Shown here piece by piece: positions 50,931 to 63,399 of a stretch of DNA of 64,000 bases (position 1 is the stretch's first letter; the number at the start of each line of letters is the position of its first letter). The position numbers and the translations under genes were made by a program. Origin of the DNA: Phoronis australis. Lineage: Eukaryota; Animalia; Phoronida. The DNA lies in the NCBI GenBank assembly GCA_002633005.1, contig NMRA01000020.1, positions 149,621 to 213,620 of the forward strand, given 5' to 3'. The notes beneath the pieces are model-generated. The model was not told the DNA's origin and ran no database searches. It saw nothing but the letters and a program-made list of their open reading frames with translations.

Positions 50931-52734
50931 CTTGTGCAAATTGCTCTTGCTCGCACCTGACAACTCCCGCACTCAGGTCACTTAGATGTACATACATACA
51001 TACATAAGCAAATACCCAATTGAATTAAATAGGTCACAGCATTGAGCACAGACCTGTTTGTATGACCTACTTTGAATCAGAAATGTCCCGCGGAACCCGG
51101 GTGAACTCCGTCATTGGAATTTGAGGGTTTTGAGTAAGTATCTGTTTTGATGCAGGTGGATACTCTTCAATTAAGATCCATTTTAACAAACCCAGGTTGT
51201 ATACCTTATCGTGGCGTCGACCGAACACTTATCAACTAGTTCTAAGCCAGTCCCAAATTCAATAAACCTTTTGCCTTTAGCATGAACTCAAAAAAACACC
51301 ACCACTGTCGTCCTATTTTAGCCGTCTTTTACAAATGCTCCCATGACCCCTTGTCATCAACGTTCGGCGAGAAAAGTGACGTTCTGATATCAGTCCTTGC
51401 ATGGATTCGCCAACATTTGAACATAGGGAACCCGGCTGGTTCGACAGAGTTGCCCTCTGCTGGCGTGCCGTAAACAACTTCGGATAAAAGAGAATATTAA
51501 GGGTAAAGTCACAGGTCTTGATTTCAGAGAACTTCTGGAAGCAAGAATTAGTGATTTATAATAAAATCACGAATACCCAAATGACTTTATTGTTTCCTAG
51601 CTAACAATTTTAAAAGGCCTTTCCCATCCAATAATAGTCCTAAAAATACGATAATGGGACTTAAAACAACCTTTGGTTGCAACTAAAGTATTCGGCGACA
51701 GTTGCCTTTAGTTGATAAATTCATTGACTGGCTCATAAAACTTTTGTGGTTAAATGAATGCGGTTTTTACGCGAGATAAATGTAATTTGCGGGGATACAA
51801 AAAGTGAACAGTTTGGAAGTTTTATGTACACTCAAGATCAAAAATTTTTTTTTCAAACGATATAGACTCCAGACGCAAGATCACGTGAGATATTGCCTTG
51901 AATTTCAAGCAAAGTGTGCGTTCACACTGGCTTCCTTTGCGAGACTCTTGCGTCTACCGTGCAAAGCAAACCAGTTCTATATATATTCCCTTTGGCCAAA
52001 AATGTGGAAAAGGCACACTCAATGATGTGCTTATAGCCCTGTTTAGATGACTAGAATACGAAAATCCAATTATAGTACCCTTTACTTTCCTAAAATTGGT
52101 CTCATATATAGTTATCCGTTACCATCGAAACTATCAGCAATTCAAAAAAATGTCGCATTTAAAGTTGATTGGGGTTGGTCAACCTTAAAACTGCAAACTC
52201 GAAAATGGCGAATGTACGCACTGGCTGAGACTTAAACGGCTGCCAAACGAGCCGGCAACTCAAAAACTGATGAGCGTATGTGATTTATGTTTTAAAACCA
52301 AAAAAGCGCTTCCGTTAAAATTCAACATTAGCAGATAAACAGCGACAAAATAATCTTTTAGTGCTTATGGCTCTGAACAAACTTTTAAGTTTGTTCAGAA
52401 AAATCTGCATTTCACGTCCACTTCTTTCAATTGCTATTTTTGTAACGGAAATCTTGAGACCAGGTTATTGATTTCTGTGGCAAGTATAGCGAGCAAACAC
52501 CATTTTCAGTTGAAACCGATGCACTTGGTTATCAAACTGGGTTTGTTTTCTTTGCTATGGTACCATCGGTTTCGACAAGCTGGCTGGATCACGGTGTTCG
52601 AAAGGGCTAGACAGCTTTGTGTGTGTTTTTGTTTTTACTCATAAATGTTACTTAGTGTGTTCTTCTGGCAAGGGAAAAACAGTTCCATGATAACGAAGGA
52701 TAATTTGAGACCCCCTTGTGCGGGTAAGCGACAG

Positions 52735-52900
52735 GAGGCAGTGTGGCCTAATGGGATATAAATCCACTTCCTTTACTCGCGGTCGTGGGTTCGAGTCCCA
52801 CTGGGGCGCCCTGCTAGACCCTTGAATGGATTTAACGATTTATCAATAAAGCATAAAAACGATTCCAAGCAATCAGTACAATGGGACACCAGGTCGCCTG
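52735..52900 (+). mobile_element. tRNA-derived SINE
   Basis: TGGCCTAATGG A box, GGTTCGAGTCCC B box; no intact cloverleaf; body matches the 12659 copy. Confidence 0.65.
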
Positions 52901-53221
52901 CATTTATTTGTAGGGCTAAATGATCTAATTCAATTTAAATTATTCGGACAAGCAAACAAAGGAAGTGTGATTTTGTGCAATCTAACAACTTTGGGCCTGC
53001 TGCATGTATACGGATGTATATATCTATGCCATATAAGCGAACAATACTATAATGGAAATTCCAAGCAAATTCATTCGTCTTCTCACAACACGGTCACATA
53101 TGTATGTTGTCTTTTTCAAACAATCTTGGTTTCTCATTGTTCTACACGTCTCGATCCTTTTGTACAGCCATTGGACTTGGGTAACTTGAAAATGCTACAT
53201 CAATCTACTAGTCATCTGGTC

Positions 53222-53262
53222 TCAATAAAGGGTTCCAGAGCCAAATCTTGGTTTAGATGTGT
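53222..53262 (-). CDS. Small secreted precursor, probable terminal exon (DTSKPRFGSGTLY*)
   Basis: tgtttcag acceptor, phase 1 compatible; AATAAA at 52908-52903. Confidence 0.45.
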
Positions 53263-53419
53263 CTGAAACAGATATTAATTCAAATTAATGACAAGTCATT
53301 AAAATTTGTTCACCCTGTATGTAAGTACGCAAGCGAAATACTTCATTCGTTTAGTTAAGCATAAATTCCACCAATTCACCAATACAAATGATTTCTTTCA
53401 AATAAACACAGAAAGATCA

Positions 53420-53490
53420 GGAACCCCAACTGAGAATCGAAAAAATTTCTCAAGACTGTGGGTGTAGTGCTCTCACCACTGAGCTACTGA
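53420..53490 (-). mobile_element. Decayed tRNA-like SINE head
   Basis: Minus strand tagctcagtggtgagagcact...ttcgattctcagttggggttc. Confidence 0.4.
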
Positions 53491-54304
53491 TGACCTGATA
53501 TCAGAACACTTGTCTACTACTGTTTGCAGCCAACTGTTATGTCATCCATCCCATGAGCAGCATTTCTCTACAAATGATTTAATGATGCATGCTGTCTCCG
53601 CTTCATTTCAGTCACAACATTCAAGAAACAGGTTTTAACGCATTCAGTTCCCGTGAATGCCATTCAGCACAACTTCAAATATTTCAAACTTGAACTGAAT
53701 TTTAGAAGAAATCTTTGGTTTAATTTTTATTCATGGTTGTGCTCCACCACTTAAAATGGCCACCTCTGTATTGCGCGAGTGACAGTGAACCCAGGTACTT
53801 ACTCAACTGCCGTCATGTGTAAAGAGTTTTACTCGAAGCCCCGTCCACTTTTTAAAAAAATAGTGAAATAAGGCAAACTGAAACTTACGAAATTATATTT
53901 TAGTGACATCTTTCGACTGACAAAACTCATCCTTTATTCGAAATTGGTGAATGTACCTTTAACGATACTTCTTAAAAATAGTTTAAATCATTTCTTGAAT
54001 CCATGTTTACAGTCTAGCGCACATATTTCTGTCGCTAAATATTTTGCTTTTATAATTACAAAACGGTTCTTTTGTCAACTCACAAAACAAACTGTCGCTC
54101 AAATAAAACACGATCGGTCACGGGCTGGGAAAAGAGTTCGACTTGAAATAAAAATATGTAATCCTCTTCGTGCGTCAGCTGTTAAATTATTTCACGAAAC
54201 TTTCCCATAAAGTTGATCACAAGAAGCACCCGTTTCACAATGCAGGCTTGAAAAACATGGCTTACTGACACAATCATCTGCGTATTTAATAGCACACCGC
54301 TCAC

Positions 54305-54533
54305 CTGTTTTGGAATTGATGCGTTTTATCCCAAAACGTGTATCCGATGAAACAGGAGGTATAAAACCCGCCTTATCGGAAACAGCCTCCAATACCGTAT
54401 CCCGATCAATGGGTGCCAATTCAGAACCTGCAAAAGTATGACTTCTTACCAGTGCTTTGGCGTTGCATACATATTGCCAAACTAGAAAAACGCCAAAAAG
54501 CGCAAGGAGACGGACATGTGTACGTCGACACAT
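54305..54533 (-). CDS. Small secreted precursor, coding exon 1 (signal peptide ... DTRFGIKRINSKT)
   Basis: Acceptor ttcgcag 2 nt before the ATG; basic n-region and hydrophobic h-region (LLALFGVFLVW); strong donor CAG|gtgagc. Unspliced ORF continues to 54192. Confidence 0.6.
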
Positions 54534-55287
54534 ACCTGCGAATTAGAAGTTTTTGATAAAACGCGTCAGCCCACAGTTTTTGGGTTTTCTAAACATGAAA
54601 ACACCTGCTTTTAACTGTCGTGCAAACAGTGTTAATGGCAACTTATTTTTCTACATTTACTACAGCAACGTTCTCAAATGAATAACCCCTGCATCCAACG
54701 ACTGTTTCGTCAAAATCAGGAATCGTGCTAAAATACACATTTGTTCAGCACCATTTGTTGTGCGTTTGTTTTCAACCCAGTCAACTGGTTTATTGGTCTC
54801 AGAAATTAAGGAAACTTCGGACATTGGAAGCAATTCAAGTGCTTTGCTACACGCCTGTCTATTTAATTTTTTGATAAATTCCCCCGTTCTCTACGCGAGT
54901 AGAATTTTCCAAGTCAATTTATAAATGGCGACACGAATTTTGGAGTTTTCTTGACGAAATCTCCTAAATTGTTTACATTTCGCATGTGTCATTATCAAAC
55001 GGAATATGGAAGAATAAAATCGATGATATACGTGGGATAATTGACATGAAAAAATAAATGTCTAGAACAACGGCCTTTTGTCAATGGCCTGTTAATTGTT
55101 ATTGTCATTAGGTCAACCTGCTTTATAGTGATTGGCATATGCTTCACTTTATTTACTCATTGACTGTGGGGTGCATCTCGGCATGGACGATAAAAAATTG
55201 CACGACATGACTTGAATGATCGTTAGTGCCTTATGAAACATGTTAACGGACTTAGGACTTGTTTCTCAGATAACATGTGTACTGTGT

Positions 55288-55420
55288 AGTGGCAGTGTCG
55301 TCAAATGGTAGAGCATTCGCCTTCCAACGGAGAACGTGGGCTTGAATCCATTAGAACATACTGTTGGAACCTTCTACAGTACCACCGGCCTCAGCTAGCT
55401 TTTAAAAGTCGTAGGTGATG
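55288..55420 (+). mobile_element. Decayed tRNA-derived SINE
   Basis: gtggcagtgtcgtcaaatggtagagcattcgcc..gggcttgaatcc. Confidence 0.4.
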
Positions 55421-55584
55421 CGGAAACTTTATTTGATCCTGTTTACATAGTGTGATACATAAATATTTATTTATTTATTTATTCATTAATGTGATATTTA
55501 CAATGAGGGTAGCCCCATCAGTTCACACGGCTTTCCGTAAACTTATTGACGGCATTCCATGTTGTATAGAGTAAGAGGTCACGC

Positions 55585-56012
55585 TAATAGTAATGATGAT
55601 GCTGATGACGACGACGGCGATAGTGATATTTATAATAGTAATAGTAATAGTAATAGTAATAATTGCAGTAATATTAACAACAACAGCATCAACAAGACCA
55701 ATAATAGTAATCACAATAATAACAATAAAACCAATAATAGTAAGAGCTATTAATAATAACAATAATAACAGCAATAGCAACAATAACAACAATAACAGCT
55801 ACAACAACAACAACAACAATAATAATAATAACAAGCAGAATAATGATAATTATAATTCTTCATTGTCTGAGGTAAGTAAACACAACAAAAACAATAGAAC
55901 CAATAATAACAAGAGCTATTAACAATAACAACAATAACAGCAATAACAACAATAACAACAATAAAAACAACAACATTAATAATAACAACCAGAATAATGA
56001 TAATCATAATTC
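55585..56012. repeat. AAT/AAC low-complexity repeat
   Basis: Direct observation. Confidence 0.9.
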
Positions 56013-56964
56013 TTTATTGCCCGATGTAATTTCGTTTTGTGAGCAAAGCACATACACCAGGGCCCAGTTGCATAAAAGTTATACGTTGTATAGCAACAGA
56101 AGCGTCGCATTAACACGTGCTGCATTGTTATTGTTGAACAATGCAAATGACGCGTCAAGCAACTTATCTGGCGGATAATTTAAGTTTTATGCAACCCAGC
56201 CTAGAAGAGGAACTCAGGGCAAATTTATAGGACTAGCAAAGTAATAGTAGCTACGCAAACGCAAAAGTTCTATAAATTCCATTCGTTGGTTCTTGAACTT
56301 GAAGTATTGTTGTCCTAGGATTTTTTCCGAAGAAAACAAAAACACGTATTCCGATGAAAACACAAACACGTAAGCGTTCTGGGTTTTAAAAGTTCAAACC
56401 TGGTTTCCTTACTGTCCCAGACATTTTATTCCACGACACTGTCTCCTTTGTTTTGTGAAGAGGCCAAGTGCCGGAAATCAGAACATGTACCCTCCTTTTT
56501 AACCATCTACCCCTTTTAAAAGGTTCTTACAGGATCTCTAAGCATTTTTCAAGTTTAAAGGGTGAAAAGACATCTATCCAAGAATCACTACGAAAGCTTT
56601 AAGTTTTAGGCATTAACTCTCATAATAGGGTTGTATTTTTGAAACAGAACTCTACGAAAATGCTACATTTCTCGGATTACAAACCTTTGTTAGTTTGAGT
56701 CCCAACCAATGGGTCTTTTTGAGCCACTAACTAAACGGGTGGGGATTCTCTTAGATAATCTATCAAACTTCTTCTTCATCTTCCGGTTTCAACAAACGAA
56801 GTACCGTTCCTTATATGTTAGTGATAAATTTGAACTGTGCATAACTGAGAGAAAATAACAACAAAACAAAGTGCGGGTTAGTGCCAGGATAAAAACAAGT
56901 TTTATTATTTACTGAGTAAGGTTAATGTTTGAGATGTGACTCGTGAACATCTGCATTGTTTCTG

Positions 56965-57490
56965 ATGAGATGGCATGTTGTGGGAGTCAGTTCCAGAGTA
57001 AAACAGTCAATAGGTATAGAGAGTTTGAGTAGCATGTAGTTCGAATGTATGTTATCTCAAAGGTATGAGAGTCGGAATTGCGTGATCTAGAGATATGTAG
57101 GAGTGAAAAGTATGTGTGTAGAATGGCAACCAGGTCTTGTGCGGTCTGGTACATGAGAGACAGTTTGTTTTGAGCAGATCTTTCTCGGAGAGTGAACCAT
57201 TTGAGAGTGGTGAGCATAGACGTAGCAGATGAGTATCTGGAGTGGTCATTTAGCTAAAGCTCAGCTTAGGGCTCATTCGGAGCACGTCTCAAGTATTCAC
57301 CCTCGGAACACATGGAACACCTCGGCTATTTTCCATGAAAAGAATCTTACGTTACACCGTAACCGGTCGAGATTGGGCAACTCGACTAGTTTGCGTACCT
57401 CAGAATTTGCCGGTCTAGATCAAAAACACCATGCTGTTGTCATGGTTAATTACACTGTAAATAGCCTCAGACTGCTGACGCTATTGCTGT
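56965..57490 (-). mobile_element. CR1/L2-like LINE reverse transcriptase C-terminal fragment
   Basis: MLTTLKWFTLRER..NKLSLMY....LVAI...SRSRNS......RTTCYSNSLY..TV.LWN*LP. Confidence 0.7.
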
Positions 57491-58094
57491 CGTACTCTAA
57501 ATAATGAGACTCATCATAAACACATGGGGGCCGACAATACAATGTTCAAATTTTCTTAAATCTTCGTTTGGAAAATTTGTTCATGAGATCAGGTTTTTGA
57601 ATTTTGACAATTGGACACAAAATAAGACTTTTACAAACTAAAAAGTTTGTTTGATGTTGCAATAATATATTTTTCATTAATTATCCTGGATATGCAACAT
57701 AATTGGGCCAATTTCCAAACCACCAGGCACAGTTGAATTTTGAGGTAAGCCAAGTGTCATCGTACAATTCTTGGCATGAGTAGCTACATATTTCCCCTCG
57801 GTACATCCTGAAAACCTTGGGTATTATCGTTGCTAAAAAATTCCGTCTGCAACACTTTGGGTATTTCCGTAGCCTCAAATATCCCCTCAGAGATGATAAA
57901 TGCCACAAACAGCATTGAAACCAACCTGCTAGAATTCCCAAAACAATATTTTTCTTCTTCAGCGCTCCCAGCCATGTAGTTTAGATGGTCAATCCGGTCT
58001 TCTGAGCAAAGTTTGCGGTTCGTCGCATTGACGATGTCGGGCCCCACAGTTTTATTTTGAGTTCCACCGGATTGGGCCATGTTTGGCGCCTTAA

Positions 58095-61000
58095 GAGCAA
58101 TTCCATATAAAATCCAGATGGTGAGCTATATATGCAAAATCACCATTTTTTAAATTTACAACATCAGCTGGCCTTGTCAAAAGAAACCTGAGACTGATTT
58201 TTTAAGAGTTTTTGAGTTTTTTTAACCTTTTTACTACCATTTTGTACTTTTTCTGAAAAATAGCAAATAAAAGTACTGGGAAGTAGGTGAATTTTTGTCA
58301 GCAACAGCACACCATCGCTTCACGCTATAGAAAAAATAACTATATGGCAGAAAGAAGAAAGAATAACATACAAGAAAAATTATTTCGAATGGATTTATTG
58401 ATTTTTCACGCCCTCCCATTTTACCCTACAAAAATGTCATTTTCACTGCTTATTATTAAGGCCATATTTACACATTTTTATCGCTCTCCCAAATCTATAT
58501 CGGATTCTTTTGGAACATGAGTTAACCTCCATCTGTTACTGCTGTTTTTGTTCAGCCCAACGCAAGACTAAAAATCTTGTCTCTTTCATAGTTTTTGTAC
58601 AGTCAGTTTTTTACATAACTCACTTACACACGTTTCTGCAAATCTGCGATTGTCAGTTAGATTCAAAGACTCTAGGAGGCGCTACTCGATTGTGCAATTA
58701 TCTATTGACCAAGATGCCAAATAGAACAAATATCATTCGTTTTGCTACATCAGGGACGAAGGAGATCATGGGAAGCTGTATGAGAGATTATTTCTTCGAG
58801 GATTTTCAGTTTTGCTGGTGCAAAAATAAAAATCTATTATAGGATTACAGAACTCAAAAAAGTCAATTTGAATGTACCGATGAGTTAATAATACAACCCC
58901 ATTCACCATTTCATACTTCAGAGAAGCAGGTTTTATTCTTATTAAGGGTGCCCATCCCCCTTTGCTTGGTTAGTTTTTGAACACCGTAATGGACTAAGAA
59001 TCCCACGCACTGCCTGCAGTACATGCTGGTCCATTTTCAGACCTCCTGGACAAGTCCCTGTATATGCGCTTGAAAAAGTCCTCTCAAACTTTTAGCAAAG
59101 TTCATACTAAAACTAATCAAGATCTTCGAGATCACTAGTGAAAAAAGGACGGTGGATACAAGCAGAAGTGTCGTGCTATTGGACATGTAAAGGGTAACGC
59201 AATGCTTCTTGTACAACACAAAAGCGGCCGAGCATGGTGGCAGTGCACCAATGGAATTTGCAATTTCAGAAAAATAACAGGTACTTTCAGTGATATCCAA
59301 GTTACCGGCTTTCCAAATCAGTATTTAAACAATTGGGTGTTGCGACTTACCAGCTAAACTCAATTCCGTTCATGCGGCGGACCACAGTTTTTGAAGGTAT
59401 GCTAGGTTTAGTGTATGATGCATTTCCTCACAACACCGCAAAATATGTCGAATCCATCTCAAAACGGGAAAATGTCATTGTTTCTTTAATAGAAAGCTAT
59501 TTACCAAATCCAATAAAAATCCGTCAAGGAACTTAGAAGTAAAAGAGGAAAACAAAAAAATGAAATTGCCACTAGGGGGCACAGATTCGTTGGAAAGTCA
59601 TCGTCGTCCGTTGTTAACTTCACATAAATACACTTACTAAAATTAATCAAGATCCTGCAGTGGGCTTAAGAGATACAGCTATGGGCGCAAAAAACAAAAC
59701 TGCAACTAGGAGGTGCCACATAACAGTAGTCGATGTCGTTGGAAAATCATCATTAATCGTCCTCTTCACACTAAGAACATATATGCTAATTTTCAAAATT
59801 ATGCTTAGAGTGGTTTGGTTGACAGAGGGGCGGAAGCCAAAAACAGACTAGGAAACAATAAAAATGGCCCTTAGATGGCGTAAAATATGTCAAATCATCC
59901 AAAAACGCCGTTTCTGTAATAGAAAGCTGTTTACCAAATTTCATAAAAATCCATCAAGGAACTTCAGAGAAACATGGGAAAATGGAAAAAATGAAATTGC
60001 CACTAGGGGGCAGAGCGTTTGTTGGATCCGTCTGAAAGTCGTCGTCGTCAGCTGTCAACTTCATGTAAATACACTTGCTAAATTTAATATAGATCCTGCA
60101 ATGGGTTTAGTAGAAACAGCCATGGGCGCTACAAAAAACAAAACTGCCACTAGCGGGAGTCAAAGTCGTCGAAAGGTAATCGTCAACCGTTCTCTTCACA
60201 CTAAAAACATATATGCCAATTTTCACAATCATTCTATGGATGGTTTGTTTGATAGAGGGGCAGACTCGAAAACAGTAAAAATGGCCACTGGGTGGGACAA
60301 AATACCTCAAATACATCCGAAAATGGGAGGATGACGCCATCTCCCTAATAGATTGTTATGTGCCAAATTTCATGAAAATCCGTTGAGGAGCTTTGAAGAT
60401 ACAGAGGTAAATGTATAAAACTAGGATTGCCACTAGGGGGCAACCAGTTGTTGTATCCATCCGAAATGTTTCGTCCTCTGTCATGTGGGCTCATAAAAAC
60501 CCGTGTTCCATTCAGAAATTGATGAGGTGCACATCTGAATACGGCTGACCGACAAGTCAGAGATGACTGCATGGCAAAAAGTACTGAATAAGTGAAAAAT
60601 TATGATCAACTGCCATTACAATTTTAAAGAGAAGTGAACTGTATTGTCAGCTTTTGAGTCGTTGGGTATAATCATGAGTGGAGCTTCTTTCCATACTTAG
60701 AAAATATTTTGACGTAAATATTAAAATACAAATGACGGCAAGCAATCACCTCAGGGATGGTCGCCATCATTGCTCTGGCATAATCTACTACCTTCAATGG
60801 CGACCCGAGCAGACTAGTGGAAAGGCAAATCTGGTCACGATTTCACCAGCTCTCACAAGTCATATGTACTAAAGATGTGTATAAAGATGGGTCACCTTTT
60901 GAAGAAGTATGGTACATGTACATACTTTTTCGTGGTCTCATCACAATTTTAACATGGTTGCAATTTTCAAAGTCCAGCAGCCCATCCTAACCCGCTAACC

Positions 61001-62303
61001 GGATAGGTCTATCAGGTTTGTGTACCTGGCAGTCAGTAAGTCGAAAGTTGTCAGCGAGAGTTAATACAATATTCTGAACTGAAGTTATGACCTGTTGACC
61101 CAAGCCAACAGTTGTGATAAATATGAAGTAACTTTTTAGTAATTGCTACTAATATCTTACTTGCACCATAAGGGAGTAAGAAATCAAACTGGCGAAAAAT
61201 CTTTTGCGACATGCGAAAGTCAACGCCCCGTTCAATCTTCTGCTTTGTTCTAGATGTGTTCTGGATAACAGCACGTCAATTTTTGTCTAAAGCCAAGTCC
61301 AAACTCATGTCGATGTGTAAAACATATAACGGCGCATTTCCATTTGTTTGCCAGTCCAGCCTCCTCTCTTCAGCTCTGGCAAGAATCAACTGTAATTCCA
61401 ATATACTTTTAAACTTCTGTGGCACTTTGCACGACCTCAGACAACTTCTGACGTCTTTAACACAGCTAATGAAGGCCACATTTCCTCCGAGATCCCACTT
61501 TAGTAACGAAAATTGACCTAATGTACAAGAAGGAAATTCCTCCCTATTCTTTGCAGTGACAGGAAGTGCATGTGATGTCGAACCCTAAAGTGCTATTGGT
61601 AAAATTAAACAGAATGTTTCAGAAAATTGGGGTCTCAAAAGTTAAATTTAAATTTTTGTGATATTGCATTGTTGATATTAGATCATATATTTTAAGTGAT
61701 ATCTCTGAATTAAAAGAGTGGCATCAATTCTCTTGTCAGTCAGAGTAAGGCCACATCACAAAAATGCCCAACTTTGAGGGCCACGTTCAGCACTAAATAT
61801 ATAAGAAACAAGTTTTTTTAAAAACAATTATCAAAGATCAGTCTTAGAAGTGTCTACAAAGAGAATTTCAACTTCAAATACATTCCGATATAGCAGGCAG
61901 GTTAAGCAACATCTTGCCACTTGTGACTGGCCTGAAAAGTGGTCTCGGAGCTTTCTCCCCTGCTGGAAATTTAAATGTTCCTATGAGTTTCAAATTTTAT
62001 TTTCTTACTAACCTTACATGAGTCTTTATGACCATCAATGTCGAACTTTGTCACCAGTTTTCCAAGTTTGATCTTTTGCCGTTCCAAAAGAGCAGTTTTA
62101 CTGACATGAAAAAAAGGCAAAATATGCCTTTATAGGCAAATAGGTCATATCTCGGTAACCAAAGGTCATTGAGTGCAAATATTGCAGCAGTGTACATGTA
62201 CTTTGGGCCAGCATCCCAACACATGCACAAATATTATCTGTGTATGAATTTTTGAGTATATAGTGATTTTTCATTTTCATATGGTTTTTATATGGAATCA
62301 TTC
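58095..62303. mobile_element. 4.2-kb TTAA-flanked TIR DNA transposon (Sola3-like termini), decayed
   Basis: TTAA|GAGCAATTCCATATAAAATCCA ... TGGTTTTTATATGGAATCATTC|TTAA; Cys/His-rich coding remnant at ~61160-61515 (-). Confidence 0.75.
59300..60580. repeat. Satellite-like repeat (~140-bp monomers, ~430-bp higher-order period), Helitron/Helentron-associated type
   Basis: Recurring GCCACTAGGGGGC and ccaaatttcat..aaaatcc motifs. Confidence 0.7.
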
Positions 62304-63399
62304 TTAAGATGTCGAAGGTAGGGCAGGCCTGCAGTAAATGCTCAGGTGTCTGAGGGCCAGTGCCACATGAGCCTTCTTCAGTCCCCCGACGTAGGCGTTC
62401 CCTCCAGGCATTTCTAAAGTGACTTCGTAGGAGGGGTTTTACTTCTCCATACGATGATGGGTGCCCCGTCTGCTCCAGTTTGCTTACTTCCTTGGAGAGT
62501 CTGTCTGCTTCATCGTTGCCGCTGATGCCGCATTGGGGGGCAATCCATTGCAGCACAACAGTGGTTTTGCTGCAGAGGATGTGCATCTCCTGCTTGATGT
62601 ATGTCTCTTCTTCTCGCATGAAGGCTCTGCAGGAGAGATTGGCAGTCTGTGAGAAAGACTTTCTGATCCGGGAGCCTTGTTTGCTGGTTCAGTGGATGCG
62701 TTGCAAGGTACATGCCATTTTCCTCAGCTCTGTAGTTGGTGGAGTGAAGGTGTGTGGCAACAGACTTGCATAGAGAGCTACCGTCTGTGTATATGATGAA
62801 TAGACCACCTCATCCCTTTCTGACATTCTCAACAGAGCCATTAGTATAGACTCGGGTCCAGGTGGTGGTGGAATAGTCTGTCCAGAGTTTCTAAGGTGAG
62901 GGCCTTCAGGACTGCCTCCAGTTGTGTCTGCTTTGCTCCTATCTCAGTAATGTCAAAGATGATAAGAGGAACGTCCAGCTACCATTCGTCAAAGTCTTAG
63001 AGCATTTCGAGTGACGTGTTTCCGGTTAAGCAGTATGGCCGCTTAATTTTCACCGTGCGGCTGAGTACTCCTAATTTTTGTCTGACAGTTCAATATGCTC
63101 AGGGGATAGAAGTCAAACCAGGAGAAGATGACGTATTTTCACCCGCAGAATCATAACCAACTTGGTTTACAAGCTCCCAGAAAACGTGGATACATTTTGT
63201 AACACGTTAGATGATGTGAAAACTAGACCATTCGAAACCGGTTGAAGCACTTGATATGACTGAGAAAAATTGTGTGGAGTTGAACAGACTCAAAAGTGAA
63301 AATACCGTATTCACTAATCGTGTGAACAACCTGCAATGTTATTGATGTTGGAGCCCAATCTAGAAGAAGTAATTTACAGTTCGCAGGGGTTCGAGAGTA

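Larger units (their letters stand above)
57950..62990 (-). mobile_element. RNase H-bearing LINE 3' part, split by a DNA transposon (62990-62304 + 58090-57950)
   Basis: VVLQWIAPQCGISGNDEADRLSK (RNase H); CGTGPQTPEHLLQACP (knuckle); frame continues in the left fragment; short GAA tail. Confidence 0.85.

Noticed and set aside
52735-52810. Functional tRNA gene
   Set aside because: No intact cloverleaf or Pol III terminator; continues into a body shared with other SINE copies.
54428-54449. 22-nt GT..AG mini-intron within the secreted precursor
   Set aside because: Far shorter than the other introns here and would shift the frame.
55523-56007. Asn-rich or hydrophobic ORFs
   Set aside because: Translations of an AAT/AAC microsatellite.
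57784-58080. 98-aa ORF as an independent gene
   Set aside because: Its start is an alternative frame of the split LINE 3' end and tail.
62098-62619. 173-aa ORF as a host gene
   Set aside because: Chimeric read-through from LINE RNase H/knuckle sequence into the DNA transposon TIR.
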